Below are positions 1 to 14,540 of a DNA stretch of 64,000 nt, one piece after another. The translations under genes were made by a program, and so were the position numbers. The DNA comes from Chrysomallon squamiferum (lineage: Eukaryota > Animalia > Mollusca), in contig CM022672.1 in assembly GCA_012295275.1 (NCBI GenBank), forward strand, positions 28,024,001 through 28,088,000, given 5' to 3'. The notes beneath the pieces are model-generated. The model did not search any database and was not told the DNA's origin. It saw only the letters and a program-made list of their open reading frames with translations. How positions within the stretch are numbered: the stretch's first letter is position 1; each line of letters starts with the position of its first letter.

Positions 1-2705
1 TTCAAAGCGTCTCGAGATTGGGAGGCTGTGTGATTTGCAAACACTGCTTTCCTTTGTTTGAACAGTCTGGTGTAAAGTACACCAAGCGTCACCAGTCTGT
101 TTTCAATGATGTGACAATTCTAAAATAAACAGTATATAAAATACGCTCATTGTTTTCTACAAGACAAAGCTGTAAAACAATTTTTTACTGTTTTATGTGA
201 TGACTAAGATCTAAACAACATGTCATGTGTGTACCACAACTTTCTTATATTGAAATCATAATGTAAAAAAAAAAAAAAATAATAATAATACATCAACGAG
301 AACATCGTTATCACCGTAACGGTACATAATCAGTCAGTATGCCTATCTGTCTGTATACTTACCTACTTACATCAACATACATATGTAACTACCTAATATA
401 CTAACCTACCAACCAACCAACCTACCTACCTACCTACCTATCTGTCTATCTATATAACAAATATCTATATCTATATATGTATATATCTGTCTATCTGTCC
501 GTCCATCAGACCGTGCGTCTGCTACGAATATGCTATATAACACATGTTAACAGAACACGAATAAATATATAAATTACATATTTATATTTCATTCTCACAT
601 TGTTTTTAATTAAAATATAAATAATAAGAATAATATTTAAATCGATATAAGTAAGTGAATACATAAATAAATAAATAAACACAACAAACTAAAGTAAATT
701 GCAATAGAACAGGATAAAATGAATTAAAATAAAATGATTTAAGAATAAAGACTTGACTAGAATAGATAATAATAAAATACATTCTAAAAGAATAAAATAA
801 AATACAAATATGGATTCACAATATCTATTTTTCATTAACTTTTAGTTAACTTTTATATATTCTCTCGTTGTATAACAATATAAAAATAAACAATTATATT
901 GTAAAGCATTAGATTTTTTTTAAATTTCAGTGCTGAATATAATCTCTCACTCTATAATTTTATCTGATGTTCGTAATTATATACCATATTATTTCACTGC
1001 AAAAATCATATTTGCGTAAATCTTTTCATTAAAATGAACAGAACGGATATTTTTGCAGATGTAATGAAAATGAGAAGATTATAAAAACAAGAAAATCCAT
1101 AATAGTCTTACATGTAATTTTCACCTGTAGACGACAGAAGCACAGTTTAACACCTTGATGGTCCAAAATACACATGACAAATAGCTCAGGAAACATCTGT
1201 CTATATTTCAGCGCGTGATTTTATTTTCTACGGAAAGCCTTCTTTGACATTTTTTCCCCATTGAATTTTCACACGAAAGCTTTACATAACTGGGATATGA
1301 AACATGAATGTGACATTTTAAGAAAATGAGTATTTGTTGGTACAGTGTCATGTTTGCATTAAAAGGCAGATAACAACCAGAGTTGTTTGAATTTGCCTGA
1401 TGTTATTACGAATATCCATTACAAGCCTTTTTATGATATATATATTCCTTTTTCTATGTGTTATACATCAGCATTTTACACGAATTTAGTTTCATCTTTG
1501 TTTCTTTCTTATCATTTTTAGCAGTTTATTATTTTGGTATTACGCTGGGGTTTTGGTTTAGAGTCTACACATGTGAGTCCTGGTGTTAACATATTGTTAT
1601 CGGTTCTAAATAATCCTCCGACTCATTTCCTCTGATGTAAGAAAGTCGTTTGCATTAATGTAAGATCGATCATAACTTTTGAATGTGATAACTCAGTTTC
1701 CCTGCTTTATAACTGTATAATTGGTATTGTAAGGTACTAGTGTCATAGCTTGCGATTTTTCAGGATTTTGCACGCACGACTGATGGTTTGAGGTGAACTT
1801 CCATCCAGCTGCATTCATACTACCCTGTTTTAGACTGCATCTCAACAAAAACAAAAACCTGAACCAAATAAACAAGTGATGCGTTTTCTATGGCTATTAG
1901 TTTGTGTCCACAACAATAATATTTATTTATTTTATCTACTTAAAATAAAAGGTGTAACGATGTCATACATATAATGGTATGAGTTGTACTGTAACAGAAT
2001 TTAGTCTTATTTTATTTGTTATACTGTTTTCTTTCGGTTTCCTCTTTGTCCTTTCATTTTCTGCTTTAATCTCCTTTCTTCTACAAACTTTATGATCTTA
2101 TTGTTTGTTGAATTATGTCATTAATCTACACAATGATTATGATACAACATTATCATTCAAAACAAACTACAACAAACTATCCCTAAAACAACCTTCCATT
2201 TGCATATACAACGTGTGTGTGCGTGTGTCTGTGTGTGTGTCTCTGTATAGATAGATATAATAGATATAGATAGATAGAATGTTCTTTTCATCGTGTTTAA
2301 TTATGCATGCGAAAATTTGCCTGGCGACATAAAATATTATTTTTTCTTTTTTTGTTTGTTTGTTTGCTGTTGTTCTTTTTTCTACTGCGACATGAAGGGT
2401 TTATGTAAACTGAACGACTAAATCAATGTGTGCTCGTTTCCAAGACAGGAATTGATTTCGACAGGATGTTAAAGGGTCAAATCAAAAACAAACGTACAGT
2501 TGGCAATGTAACAAAATGTTATAAATAAGGAGATACGTTAGTGCCATATTGCATTCAGTTCTTACTATATCTGCAGGTTTTTAAACTTAAAGATGAGCTA
2601 ATTGAAAAGGAACAACATATCCTTTTTTAATGATAGTAATAATTAGATATGGAAAGAGATAATGAATGTTAGCGTAGGAGCGAGATAATGATATAATGAG
2701 TATAA

Positions 2706-2912
<207 letters not shown>

Positions 2913-4717
2913 GTATCTGATAGATATTGCATAAATATGTGTCCTGGTGCATGTAGGCATGTCTATCTGTTGATAATTTGCTAGATTTTAAAACAAACTC
3001 CCCTTATAGTATGATAGATGGATGGATGGATGGATGGATGGATGGATGGATGGATGGATGGATGGATGGATGGATAGATAGATAGATAGGAAAATAAAAA
3101 ATACAGACAGAAATGCATCGCCTGCCTTTGGGTAGAACAGAAAATAAATGACTGAACGTACTGAAAAGAATCACTGATTCGTTGATGTAGAAAGCATACA
3201 GATCTGCTCCAAGCCTCGAAAGAATCATTTAGTGATTACACACAGTCTTAACATTCATTATACTCTATAATGATCGTTTAATTATTCATAGAAAAGTACA
3301 GCGTGCTTTAATCACAACAAATTCAAATACTTTGCTAGGTACATAAACAAAATTCCCAGTGTCGAAGGCGAGGTTCTGTATCAGTCTCTGGGCGGATACA
3401 GAATACAGAAAATAATGTGTAATGGATTGGGCAAATATAACATCCCAAGGTGACTTTCATCGCAGCTAAACATTTACGTAGCCCACTGTAGTAAGAAAAA
3501 AGATTTAATAAAAGAATAAAAAACAAAAATCACAGATCTCAACTAAAACGTAATAACGGATTGAATTATAAATACTACACCTGGGTGTTGAATGTTCATT
3601 ATTAATAAAATAATCTGTGGCATACAACTGTTGTTATTGTTAATAGGGAGTTAAATAAACTAATAAGTTTATAGAAATTATATTAAGCGATATTATCCGT
3701 GCTTACAACCTTTGGAATTTGGTATTGTTCATACGAACCGTTTTTTTTTTTTTTTTTTTTTTGTAAACTGTTTGAAAATATGATTTAAAAAAACAAACAA
3801 AATAATAATAATAATAATTGTTAAAAGAAAGACAGAAAGGTACAGAGTAGGCAGGCAGATACAGAGATAGAGACAAAATAGAAAAACAGAAAGAGAGATA
3901 GAGAGAAGGACAGAGAGGCAAAAAGAAATGTTTATAATAAGAATCATTATTCGACTAAGCTGTAATCAACATGTGATATTAGGATGTGTCTTTAAATCTA
4001 CCTTGTTGAAAGGAGTTGTGAGAAAATAAAACAGTATATCTTTTACCCGAAAGTGTATTTCTTTTATATGTTTTGCAATGAAGACCTGATAAACTGACCT
4101 AAATTTAAATAGAATACGTTAATAATATACAAAAATATAAAGAACCAAAATCGATATATGTCAGCCAGTTATTATAATGTATTATTACTAAGGTTTATTA
4201 GGTTTGAATTAATGTTTATACAGTATATATATATATATATATATTTATATATGTATGACAGTTATTACTCTTACGTTGATTACGACTCTAATAATAATAG
4301 ACTCTAATAACCCTATGCAATAACATTAAAAAAAATAAAAATAAAAATAAAAATAAAAACTCATGGATAGTGAAGAAAAGATTTTAATAGGATCATTAAA
4401 AAACGAAATACAAAATTAAGAACAATGGAATGAATATGATGGAATTTTAATAATAATAATAATAATAATAAAGCGTTAAAAAGTAATTAAAAAAAGGAAA
4501 GTAAAACAAAGTAAAAGAAAGTCAGTAATACAGTATTGTTATAGAAATGAAATAAAATTTAAAGCATTACGTTCATAGTTATGTCCCTTCGTGTGGAATA
4601 AAATCGTGTTGTCGTGAACGGAAATGTTGCTAACGATTACCAGGTTAACAAAACATGACGACGGACATTTACAGCAAGAAATGTATAAATGCAAGCAAGA
4701 ATTCAGAGCAGTTGTTT

Positions 4718-5516
4718 TCACTTAAGAAATTCTTCTGGAACACATTTGTAGAATTTGACCTGAAGATAAAGACAGAGAGAGAGAGAGTATTTAAATTTTT
4801 CAAAATGTGATTTATATATATATTTTTAAACATTTTTAAGAAATAAATGACATTACACCTAGAGGCAAAATGAATAAATAAATAAATAAATAAATCGAAT
4901 TAACAGTACTTACCATTTCTTCGTGAACTGAATTAGAATTATTAACTATATTTGAAGTAAACTTTTATTATTAAGAACATACACTAAGCGCGTGAAACAA
5001 CCTCGGATTATTAACTTTCTTAACTAACTTGAATTATTAACTAAGTTTGTATAGATTAGTCTTGAACTAGTATTAATATTTACTGTGTATGTGAATTAAA
5101 CTTGGATTATTTTCTTTCTTTATTTTTTATTTCATTTCATTTTATTTATTTATTTATTTAATAAACGTTTGACAGCGCTTATTTTAAATGTATTTGTATA
5201 ATTACTTTGTAGGTTGATAAAATATATATATATTTATATATAAAATTATTAATTGTTTTAGATTAAGTATGTATTTTAAGGTTATATAATTTTAACAGTA
5301 ATAATATATAAATAAATAAATACAATAAAAGGTTTTTTAAAAATCAAAAACGAAATAAAACCTAACTATATTAAAATAAATAAATATTGTTTTTGTAAGT
5401 TATAGTGATACCTCATCTATGTAGCCTATGAAGTTCACAAGACCCGTGCCTTGACCAATGGTCATTGAGCAGTCCACTCTCGCTATGTCCGAGGCTAGCG
5501 CTGTTTTGGAAGATAA

Positions 5517-5561
<45 letters not shown>

Positions 5562-7171
5562 TAATAACCGAAATGATATTTTAAAATTGATTGCATTTGA
5601 CTATATTTCCGTATCACATATTGTTATATTTAATACGTTCAACGATACTGTATTATGTAAGAAATATCCTAAACTATTAATCAGTATGTTCAAGATAAAT
5701 ACATTACATAAAACATCTAACACTTTTATCATAATTATTTTTTTAATGATATAAATACTGCATACTTGTATTATTTCAAATATATATATATATATATATA
5801 TATAATTATATACATATAAATGATTTTTCCTTTCTTAAGAGAGATACGGAATGGAAGAAGTTGAGATTGAGATGGATATACATACATACAAGCATACATC
5901 CATATGCATAAATGTATATGCTCATTATGACTCGTTTGTATATGTATGTATCTGCAAATGTATACCGAATTCCTGTTTCAAAAATAACTTGGTATATTAC
6001 AGTAGTATATTTCATTTGTAGATTTATCATACTTACATCCTTGAATTGGATATATTTTTCCATCCACTCTTAATTCTGCACGTATTCCAAACTTGAGCAA
6101 GACCACTTCATGCCACGTTGACAGAGACTGTTAATATAAAATATATTATATATAAAACACAAAAGGGGCCTGTGCAAAACTGGTGAAGGCCCCAGACTAG
6201 ATGACAACTGTGGGCCGGTTTCAAAGCTATCATTAACTATTTTAGTAAACAGTGCTAAATACATATGATTTTTGTATAAGTTTATACAATAACATTTTTA
6301 ATATTTTGCGCTAAAGAATCCCATTTATTATCTTTACGATATCAGTGATCTTTATCAAAAGTCCAACAATGCCGTTACCAATGAAGTTAGGACCCGTAAC
6401 GACTATATATCCAGGCTGCAAGAATCGAAGGTATGACGTCTAGTGAAATACATTGGTACCTTGACTAAGAGTTTAATTCATTCTGTGACCGAGCTCGTAT
6501 CTCAATTTGCTCGTATATCAAATCAATTTTCCCAACTGAAAATAATTGAAAAACCATTAATCCGCTCCAGCCCCCGAAAACCACCCCATTTTTTTTTTGT
6601 AAGTATTTTTGTAATATATAAAAAAAAAAATGTATTTATAAGTGATAAATATTGTACGAAAACAAAATAAAAGAGAATGTAAAGAAATAAATTGGTTTTG
6701 TAAAGTGTATTTATCTTGGAGATCAGACAAATTATTTTAACGACTTTGGCTAGAGTTACAGCCTTTATCGATTCCTTCAGCTTCAATATGGTACTTATCG
6801 TAGAAGTACTACGCTTGTACTGCCTAGCCAAGTTGACTACATGCACACCTCACTCATATTTTTCTATGATTTCATGCTTTATTTCAATGGACATCATCCG
6901 CTTCTTCTTCTCAACACTGTCCTTTGCACCCACTTTCTTAAGCTTCATGGTCAGAAAAAAGAAATTTGACAAAGTACTGCACAAAATGCGAGCACAGCCG
7001 AACGAAGATGCTTCCGCGGAGAGGTACCCACGGAAGTAAACGAGTGAAACGCGGGATGCTGGCCGGATGTTATTTTTTTCGTTGCGCCAACTAGCGGCGG
7101 CGAATCTGAAGCTCGCTCGTAACTCAGATTTTGGCTCGCAACTCAAAGCAAAAACGCGCCCAAGAATATAG

Positions 7172-7211
<40 letters not shown>

Positions 7212-8419
7212 AATAAATAAATAAATAACATCACTGAAACAAACATCTGAACTTTACTTACGATATCAGGCGAATTGGTAGTCACTGCTTGTCCGTTCTT
7301 TAGACGAAACCCTCCATGAACGGACCCAGTTCTTTCTGATGTAGTCAGCAAAGCGACTCCAAATGTAGCTTCTTTATCGCAGTCACTATTGTCTATCAAA
7401 GCTATCCTTTGAGACGGCCCCGTTTTCAATACATCTAATTTAAACCGGAAATGAAGAGTGAAATTTGAACTGAACTCCATATTGTTCAAGGCCCAGGCAA
7501 TGACTTGTCGCCTACCGTTAAAATAGACAGCCCCACCCCCGATGGCAGCTGGGTCCGTTTTTCTGATCCAGGCGTTACTTCCACCGGATGCTGTTTTTCC
7601 GTTCACATCTCTGACAGTGCTGTCAAATGGAAAGTAAATGTATGGTTTGCATGTCTCTGAAAAATAAATAAGAAACTTAATTGTTATTTTATTATTACCG
7701 ATTTTCCTGAATATTGAGTTTTGTGAGAGGGAACGAAGAAAATTAAGAATCAGAAAAATCGCATAAAGGATTAATAAGGAGTGTGTGTATATAATGTTTA
7801 GAATATTTACAGAGAGTATATCGTATTGCATTCTATCACATCATGTTGTATTCTATTATTACATGTCGTACTTTAATGTATCGGATTGTATTGTATTATT
7901 GCATTATGTTCGCTGATATTATACAGTGTATTATTTCCATATAATAGTTTTGCAGTATTTGTTAGTTTGTAGCAGTAACTCATTTTAGTATCTTCAATTT
8001 CTAACCATATTAACTGAATCAGTAAAAACAAACAAAAAATCAATAAATAAACATTTCTTTCATATCGATCTTTCTAACATAAAATATTACATATCGCGAA
8101 AAAAAAAAGGAAAGAAAGAAAGAAAAAGAAAATTAAAAAAGTAATACAAAATATTATACAGCTTGTGAAGTTCCTGTTATTAATACAGTTATTGTATTAC
8201 ACCGACCTTGTAACACAGCTGTTGACGTTGTACAGCTGCATGAGTCTTGAGAAAACGCCGTACCCAGCGCACAGCTCATAGTGAGATTTTTGCCATCTGT
8301 GAGCCAGTAATATTTAGTTTTATCTTCGGGAACAGCAAATCTGTTGCAGTCTGAAAATTATATATTGTCATCATCATTATAATAATAAATCTTCATCATC
8401 ACCATTATCATCATAAACA

Positions 8420-8476
<57 letters not shown>

Positions 8477-10062
8477 GTTATGTTGCTGTTGTTCCCGTTG
8501 TTCCTGTTGTTTGTTGCTATCGTCCCTGATTTTATTTTTATTATTCTTATTGTTGCTGTCATTATGATTATTTATTGTTATTGATGATGCTCTTGTTCTT
8601 TATTATAAAACTTTATTATGTATGTGTGCGCATGTCTGGAGGTACACACACACACACATACACACACACAAAAGCACATACATACATACATTCATACATA
8701 CGTCTGATTAGATTCTACATATGTATGTATGTACGTATGTTTTTATGTATGAATGTATGTATGCAACTAATAGCACATTTGACGGAAGTAAACTGATCAT
8801 GTGTCATCGAGAGCTGACACTCTCCCACTCATTCTAAGTAGTCCAGCACAAACCTGGAGTAATCCCAGACGAATTGGCTGATCCAGGCAGACAAGGATCG
8901 TTACAGTCAAAATCTTCGACGCAGGCCAGTTTATCTTCATCGTAACGATGGTCGGGTGGACAACAACGCATTTCCAACACATCTCCTTTAGGACACACGA
9001 AGTAGCCGTTGCACGTGCGAAGATCTCTGAATGCTCGCTTTGGGTCAGGATCAGTACATGGATCTATATTTATGATACGAACGATTCGTAGAAACAATAA
9101 GCTTCATATTCAGTCTTAATTTAACCATTTTGATATATCGTTAAAAAGACAAAACGTGAAAAAAAAGCCTAACTAGCTATTCATTATTTCGTCCACACAT
9201 ACACACAAATACACACACAAACTTAAAAAGACAGACATACGCCTACTACCGAACGCAGAATCAAGCAAAAGCAAGTTTCTAAATTCAGTTTCTTACCTAT
9301 GATCATGTACACACACATATACTGACAAAAACACACGAACAAAAGCAAAATTCTGAAATCACTTTCTATTCACCAAAAGGCACACACACACACACACATG
9401 CACAAACACACAGACACAAACACGGACACACACACATGGACATACGGACATTCATACATACAGATGAAAATAACATACTGAGTGGGCAATCCGATTCTAG
9501 TGGCCATACACATTGTTTCACTGCCTGGGACCATAGCAGTCCTCTCGTACATTCTTTAATACGTCCAATCACAGAGTTCTGTGAGCCAAGAGAACAGTGG
9601 ACAAACAGGTGACAGTATTTGGGATGATTTACGTAGCCAGAGCCAGTGGATGTGTCACATTTCTCACACATTTCTGAAATAGAATTACCTTTTCAGAATC
9701 CACATATTTGAATTATTTGAGGTATCACAATCTAGATTTAAGTAAAATACATTTCTTTTCATACTATTAGACGTATATCATAAGTAGAGTTAATTCTATA
9801 AGTAATAACTATAGTATTTTTTTCATTCCACTACTGTTGATATAAATACTGAGGTAACTAATATAATTATTAGTAGTAACTATAGTAATAGTAGTAGTAG
9901 AATCGAAGTAGCTGTAAAAGCAGTTAAAACAGAAACAGTAGTATTAAAGCAACAGCAAGACGGCAGTAGCAATAAAGCAATAGTAGCTGCAACAGTAGCA
10001 GTATTTGCGATATATATATATATATATTTAAATTAAGGAACATTTTATTATAATTTTACAAA

Positions 10063-10093
<31 letters not shown>

Positions 10094-10670
10094 ATTGGTA
10101 CTAATATTTTATTATAGTGACGGTAACCCATTCAATAACTATGTCATTTAGCTGGGAAGCTTTAGACAAAAACATCCCTTTTCTGTTAAAGTCAAGCACA
10201 TTATTTCATTTCATTTCACTACCACTACTACTACTACTACTGCTTCTACTACTATTACTACTATTACTATTACTACTACTGTTACTTCTTCTACTGCTAC
10301 TGCTACTATTATCACCACTACTACTATCACTACATTTACTACTACTTTGATTACAGCTTATACTTGTACTGAAAGCTAAATTGCTCCTTTTTCACAACTT
10401 AAAATAATAGTTATTTACAGAGAGAGACACGAACAGATATAAAAAATGGGAACAAAAACGAGATCTGTATAGAGAGAAAGTGAGGGAGAAAGAAAGATAT
10501 ATAGACAGGTGGACATATAAAATGTATTATATTGATAAATACTCATAAAATATTTACAGAGATAAAAATAAAAATCTAATACCTTTGAGATCAACAGCAA
10601 AGTCATTACTAGGATTACTGGCTATAGAGATTCCACTGATCAAAACGATCACAATCACTGGACCATACAT
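4718..10670 (-). CDS. Secreted chitin-binding (3x ChtBD2/peritrophin-A-like) + laminin-G-like protein, Pif-like/LamG3 shell-matrix family, paralog A (417 aa, 8 exons)
   Basis: Hand-spliced exons, all GT-AG: 10670-10583 (MYGPVIVIVLISGISIASNPSNDFAVDLK, signal-peptide-like); 9673-9479 (CEKC..HPKYCHLFVHC..ECTRGLLWSQAVKQCVWPLESDC); 9063-8854 (PCTD..CNGYFVC..MRCCPPDHRYDEDKLACV..CNDPC); 8350-8207 (DCNRFAVPEDKTKYYW..MSCALGTAFSQDSCSC); 7656-7262 (CKPYIYFPFD..AVYFNG..NFTLHFRFK..ALIDNSDC); 6127-6037 (SLSTWHEVVLLKFG..LRVDG); 5500-5412 (DCSMTIGQGTGLVNFIGYIDE); 4759-4718 (VKFYKCVPEEFLK*). Total 1254 nt, open frame. Family call from recalled Cys spacing and LamG motifs. Confidence 0.9.
6451..7160 (-). mobile_element. 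Internally deleted Tigger/pogo (Tc1-mariner) element, copy 1, in intron 5 of paralog A
   Basis: TA followed by cattggtaccttgact at the left terminus. The minus strand encodes a CENP-B-type HTH N-terminus (KKVGAKDSVEKKKRMMSIEIKHEIIEKYE*GVHVVNLARQYKRSTSTISTILK) with a stop. The other end is truncated. Homologous to 46575-47276. Confidence 0.8.
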
Positions 10671-10807
10671 TATAAATGTAAGGCTACAAGAACACAATTG
10701 TTTTCTACTGGTACTGCAGCATTTATGGTGGAAACCAAAAAACTATTCTCATGACGTCTTTCTAGAAACTTTTCGACGACGCAGAAAAAGAGCCTGCGCA
10801 TTTTAAG

Positions 10808-10814
10808 TTTTATA
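10808..10814 (-). promoter_or_regulatory. Candidate TATA box of paralog A
   Basis: Reverse strand reads gtgTATAAAAc about 140 nt upstream of the ATG at 10670. Confidence 0.45.
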
Positions 10815-11982
10815 CACGGATTCGTTTGTCAACAAAGCTCAGTCGTGGGATCAGATACTTTGGTCTCTAAAGCTGCAGGAATTATCCGAAGCGTGTGAAC
10901 AGATTGAAAGCCAATGATAAAGAAAGCCTTAACTTTAAACGCTCACGTGCTGAAGAAATACTTGACAGCAATGAAACATTCATGCGAGGAGTCACCTGAA
11001 ACTGTTGGAATCTTGGTTTCAGGAAGACGACCAGACTGTGTTTGAACTGTGTTTAAAACTCATTTGTGAAATATGCCCTTTTGACGTCAATTTTGTCTTG
11101 TTCGTATTTAGCTTTCCTGTTTTCAGCACATACTAATTTCTGATCGAAAACAGGAGTGCTGTAAAAGAAAGAAAAGCGCTAAATATGGAGATGCTAAAAG
11201 CTGGATGACATTGTAGAAGGTCCGAATAAAAGGGCGAGATCTTGGATGTTCCTTAGTTAAGAACAGTATTTAAATACGTGATGACATTTATAGAAATAGA
11301 CGTAATTAGAATTCAATAAAGAATGTTTAACTATATCCGATAACATTTTATTGTTAACTGATAGTGACAAACAATGTTTGGGATGGAATTTAGTACCATT
11401 CGCATTTAATTCATATGTACAAACAAATATCGTGATTTCTTTAACATAATAGTTAAACCTTTTATCTATTGATATTTAAATATTAATATTGTTGTTTTGT
11501 TGTTGGCATTGTAATCTAAACGTGATTGCTGTGATCCTTACCAACAGATGAATAATATATTTTTTAGTTCAGTCTGTTTTTAATTAAATAAAATTCACTG
11601 CATTTTAGTTTGGTACTGACTGAAGTAAACCAATTTCTGAACTAAGTGAAAAATTAACCAATGAAAACGACGCTCTATATCATCAGTGGATATGACGAGA
11701 ATAGCTGGATTTCTTTTTCTTTCTTTTAAATAACGAGTTTTAAGCATTATACCTCTTATACTGAAATTAAAATACAAATTTTATCATTGAAGGATTTTAA
11801 TGTAACTGCTATTGTATCTGAAACGTGTTCTTTTTCAAACAGATACTTTCACAGAATTCTTGTCTGCAGACATTATATCTCAGTACACAGCTGGTGTTTG
11901 TCAAAGTACATTAGTCTGGCCCGTTTTACTCCGACCTTAATAAAAACGTAGATGGAAAACGTTGCCTTGCTCCAAGATATAG

Positions 11983-12148
11983 ATACATACATTCATACAT
12001 ACATACACACATACATACATACATACATACATACATACATACATACATACAGATACATACATACATATATACATACATACATACATACAAACAAACATAC
12101 GTACATGCATACATACATACATATACAGATACATACATACATACATAC
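11983..12148. repeat. (TACA)n microsatellite
   Basis: Read directly from sequence. Confidence 0.9.
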
Positions 12149-13029
12149 TACGTAAACAAAAACAAAAAAACAACCAAGCCAAACTTCTCTCTTTTTGTTC
12201 ATGGCAAATTTGACTAACCCTTGTTAATTCAGTTCCTTAATGAACTGGCACTGTACAAATAAAGAAAGAAATTAAGAAATAACAGTTTCTATCTGTTAAA
12301 ATGTAAAAAATGTGTATACAGCTGTAGAAATCAGAAAAAACAACTTAATAATGATTTTTTTTTTTATCGTTTATTTATATATTAGCGAAAAAGAGAAAAG
12401 AAGTATTTACTAATAAACGGTTGATTACGATTAGACAGGAAAGTAATTATACGTAAAGTCACAGGCAAACTAAAGAAGTTAGGAAGACACACAGATATAT
12501 TTATAAAAGATATAAAGCTAACTTTATGCCAGTATCATCCTTAACTTTATATTATTAGTATAGGTCAGAAACAGACGGTTACAAACAGACAAGCAGAGAT
12601 AGATGCATGCAGACTTACACAGAGAAATTAACGGTCATAAACAAAGAGACAGATATAATGAAAATGTACCAGAACCCACACAATGGATTTATCTGGTTAA
12701 TGAAAAATAAAAAATAAAAATATAACTATTATTATTATTATTTTATTTTATTTTATTTTATTTTATTTATTTATTTATTTTTGTTGTTGTTGTTGTTGTT
12801 TTTTTGTATTTTGTATTAATTTTTTTTATTTTTATTTTTTTATTTTATTTAGAAACCATATTCAAATTTGGAGTTTTGTTCAAAATTATTAATAATAATT
12901 ATTGTCAAAAATCATTAAGAACATCACTGATAGGAAATAATACATTTCATCAGGTGTTAGATATCGCGTAGCCCAGAAGGTATATAACTCCGGCGTTACT
13001 GTAAAACGGAGAGTGAAAGATAGAGATGG

Positions 13030-13035
<6 letters not shown>

Positions 13036-13122
<87 letters not shown>
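13036..13122. repeat. (GA)n microsatellite
   Basis: Read directly from sequence. Confidence 0.95.
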
Positions 13123-13124
<2 letters not shown>

Positions 13125-13539
13125 TTAAAAAGAAATAAAAATAACCCAAGTAGCAAGCACTGTAGCGTGCAGGGAACATAGTGTTTATTCAACCACGAAC
13201 ATGTTTTAACTGCGTGTCTTTTGGGGAATTCAAAGTAAGTCTTGAAAATGTATTTTTAATAAGAAATGTCATTACTTGCTTTGTTTTAAACACTTACGTA
13301 GTATTTGTTTTCGAGCTACCATCTGTGGTGGATGTGCAGAACGTAAGAAGAATAAAACAGTAAAAAGTCTCACAAGAAATCAAAAGAAGAGAATGATTTC
13401 CCTTCCTTGTGTCGTCCAGGTTCTGTTTTTTTTTTTTTTTTTTTTTTTTTCGTTTCGTTCTTTATTTTATTTTATTTTTTATTATTATTATTATTATTAT
13501 TTTTTTTTTTTTTTTTTGTTGTTGTATTGTAAATTGTAA

Positions 13540-13577
<38 letters not shown>

Positions 13578-13879
13578 TACATATAACAATAACAAAAACA
13601 TTCTAAAATGGTGGATTAATCCCGATTGATGTTAATAGAAGTATTTAGAAATTTAAAAAAAGAAGAAGAAAAATTCGATGAGTGATCCACTTCTCCAGAT
13701 CTTGTAGAATAGACTGTATATTATGCAAATGAAACTACGCATTGTATTTACTGTCGTCATTATGATTAATTTAATCATGGCAGGTGTAAAATATTACAAA
13801 TAGGAAAGGCCATGGGATAGCAATATTTGTTATCGATTAGCAGCCCAAATTTTTTTTCCATAGCCACAAAATTATCTAC

Positions 13880-14012
13880 TTCATCATTTTTAATGAATAA
13901 GTAATGGATCTCTGTCTGGAACTGGAAATTAACCGATTAACATTTTAGGAGGATTAATCCTATGATCAATAAGTATCAGTAAAGCGTTTACCGACTAAGC
14001 TTTAGCCCGCGC
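13880..14012 (-). mobile_element. Degenerate tRNA-derived SINE head
   Basis: Reverse strand reads ggcgcgggctaaagcttagtcggtaaacgc..aggattaatcc..ttccagttccag, with A-box and B-box-like spacing. Similar to 43490-43670 and 61925-62180. Confidence 0.45.
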
Positions 14013-14398
14013 CAAAACTACCTCGGACAGGTTTTGCCCGGAGATAACACATTATATCAAAAACACAGAAATTGTCTGAAGTCGACAACCTAAGATATTC
14101 CAAAAATATAAGGATAATATTTGACCTGTACTAAATGACCATAGTACGCGTATAAACATGTTAATGGTAAATGTCCTTGTACATGGTACTGAAAGCGTGA
14201 CGTGTGTGTCAGTGATGATGGTAGTCAAAAGCTTGAGCAAATGTCAAGGACGTCATTTGCAACAAACCAAATAGCGAAAAATAAAATGTCAACCAACAAC
14301 GTGTCATCAATAGATTCTGTATTACATAGAGGTCATCACACACGTGGTTTCGCCATCCGTACGTAAACAATAATATCATTCATTTTGCGGTTGGATTT

Positions 14399-14455
<57 letters not shown>

Positions 14456-14540
14456 TTGTAATAGTATGTGTGTGTGTGTGTGTGTGTGTGTTGTTGTTGT
14501 TTGTATTTATGTACATATGTAAGTTGAACGGTAGACAAAC

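Noticed and set aside
6337-6415. Alternative candidate for exon 6 of paralog A (PGYIVVTGPNFIGNG..)
   Set aside because: It lacks the LamG WHxV motif and ends in the wrong phase to join exon 7. Exon 6127-6037 fits both motif and phase.
13950-14012. tRNA gene
   Set aside because: A/B-box-like motifs are present but there is no cloverleaf; better explained as a SINE head.
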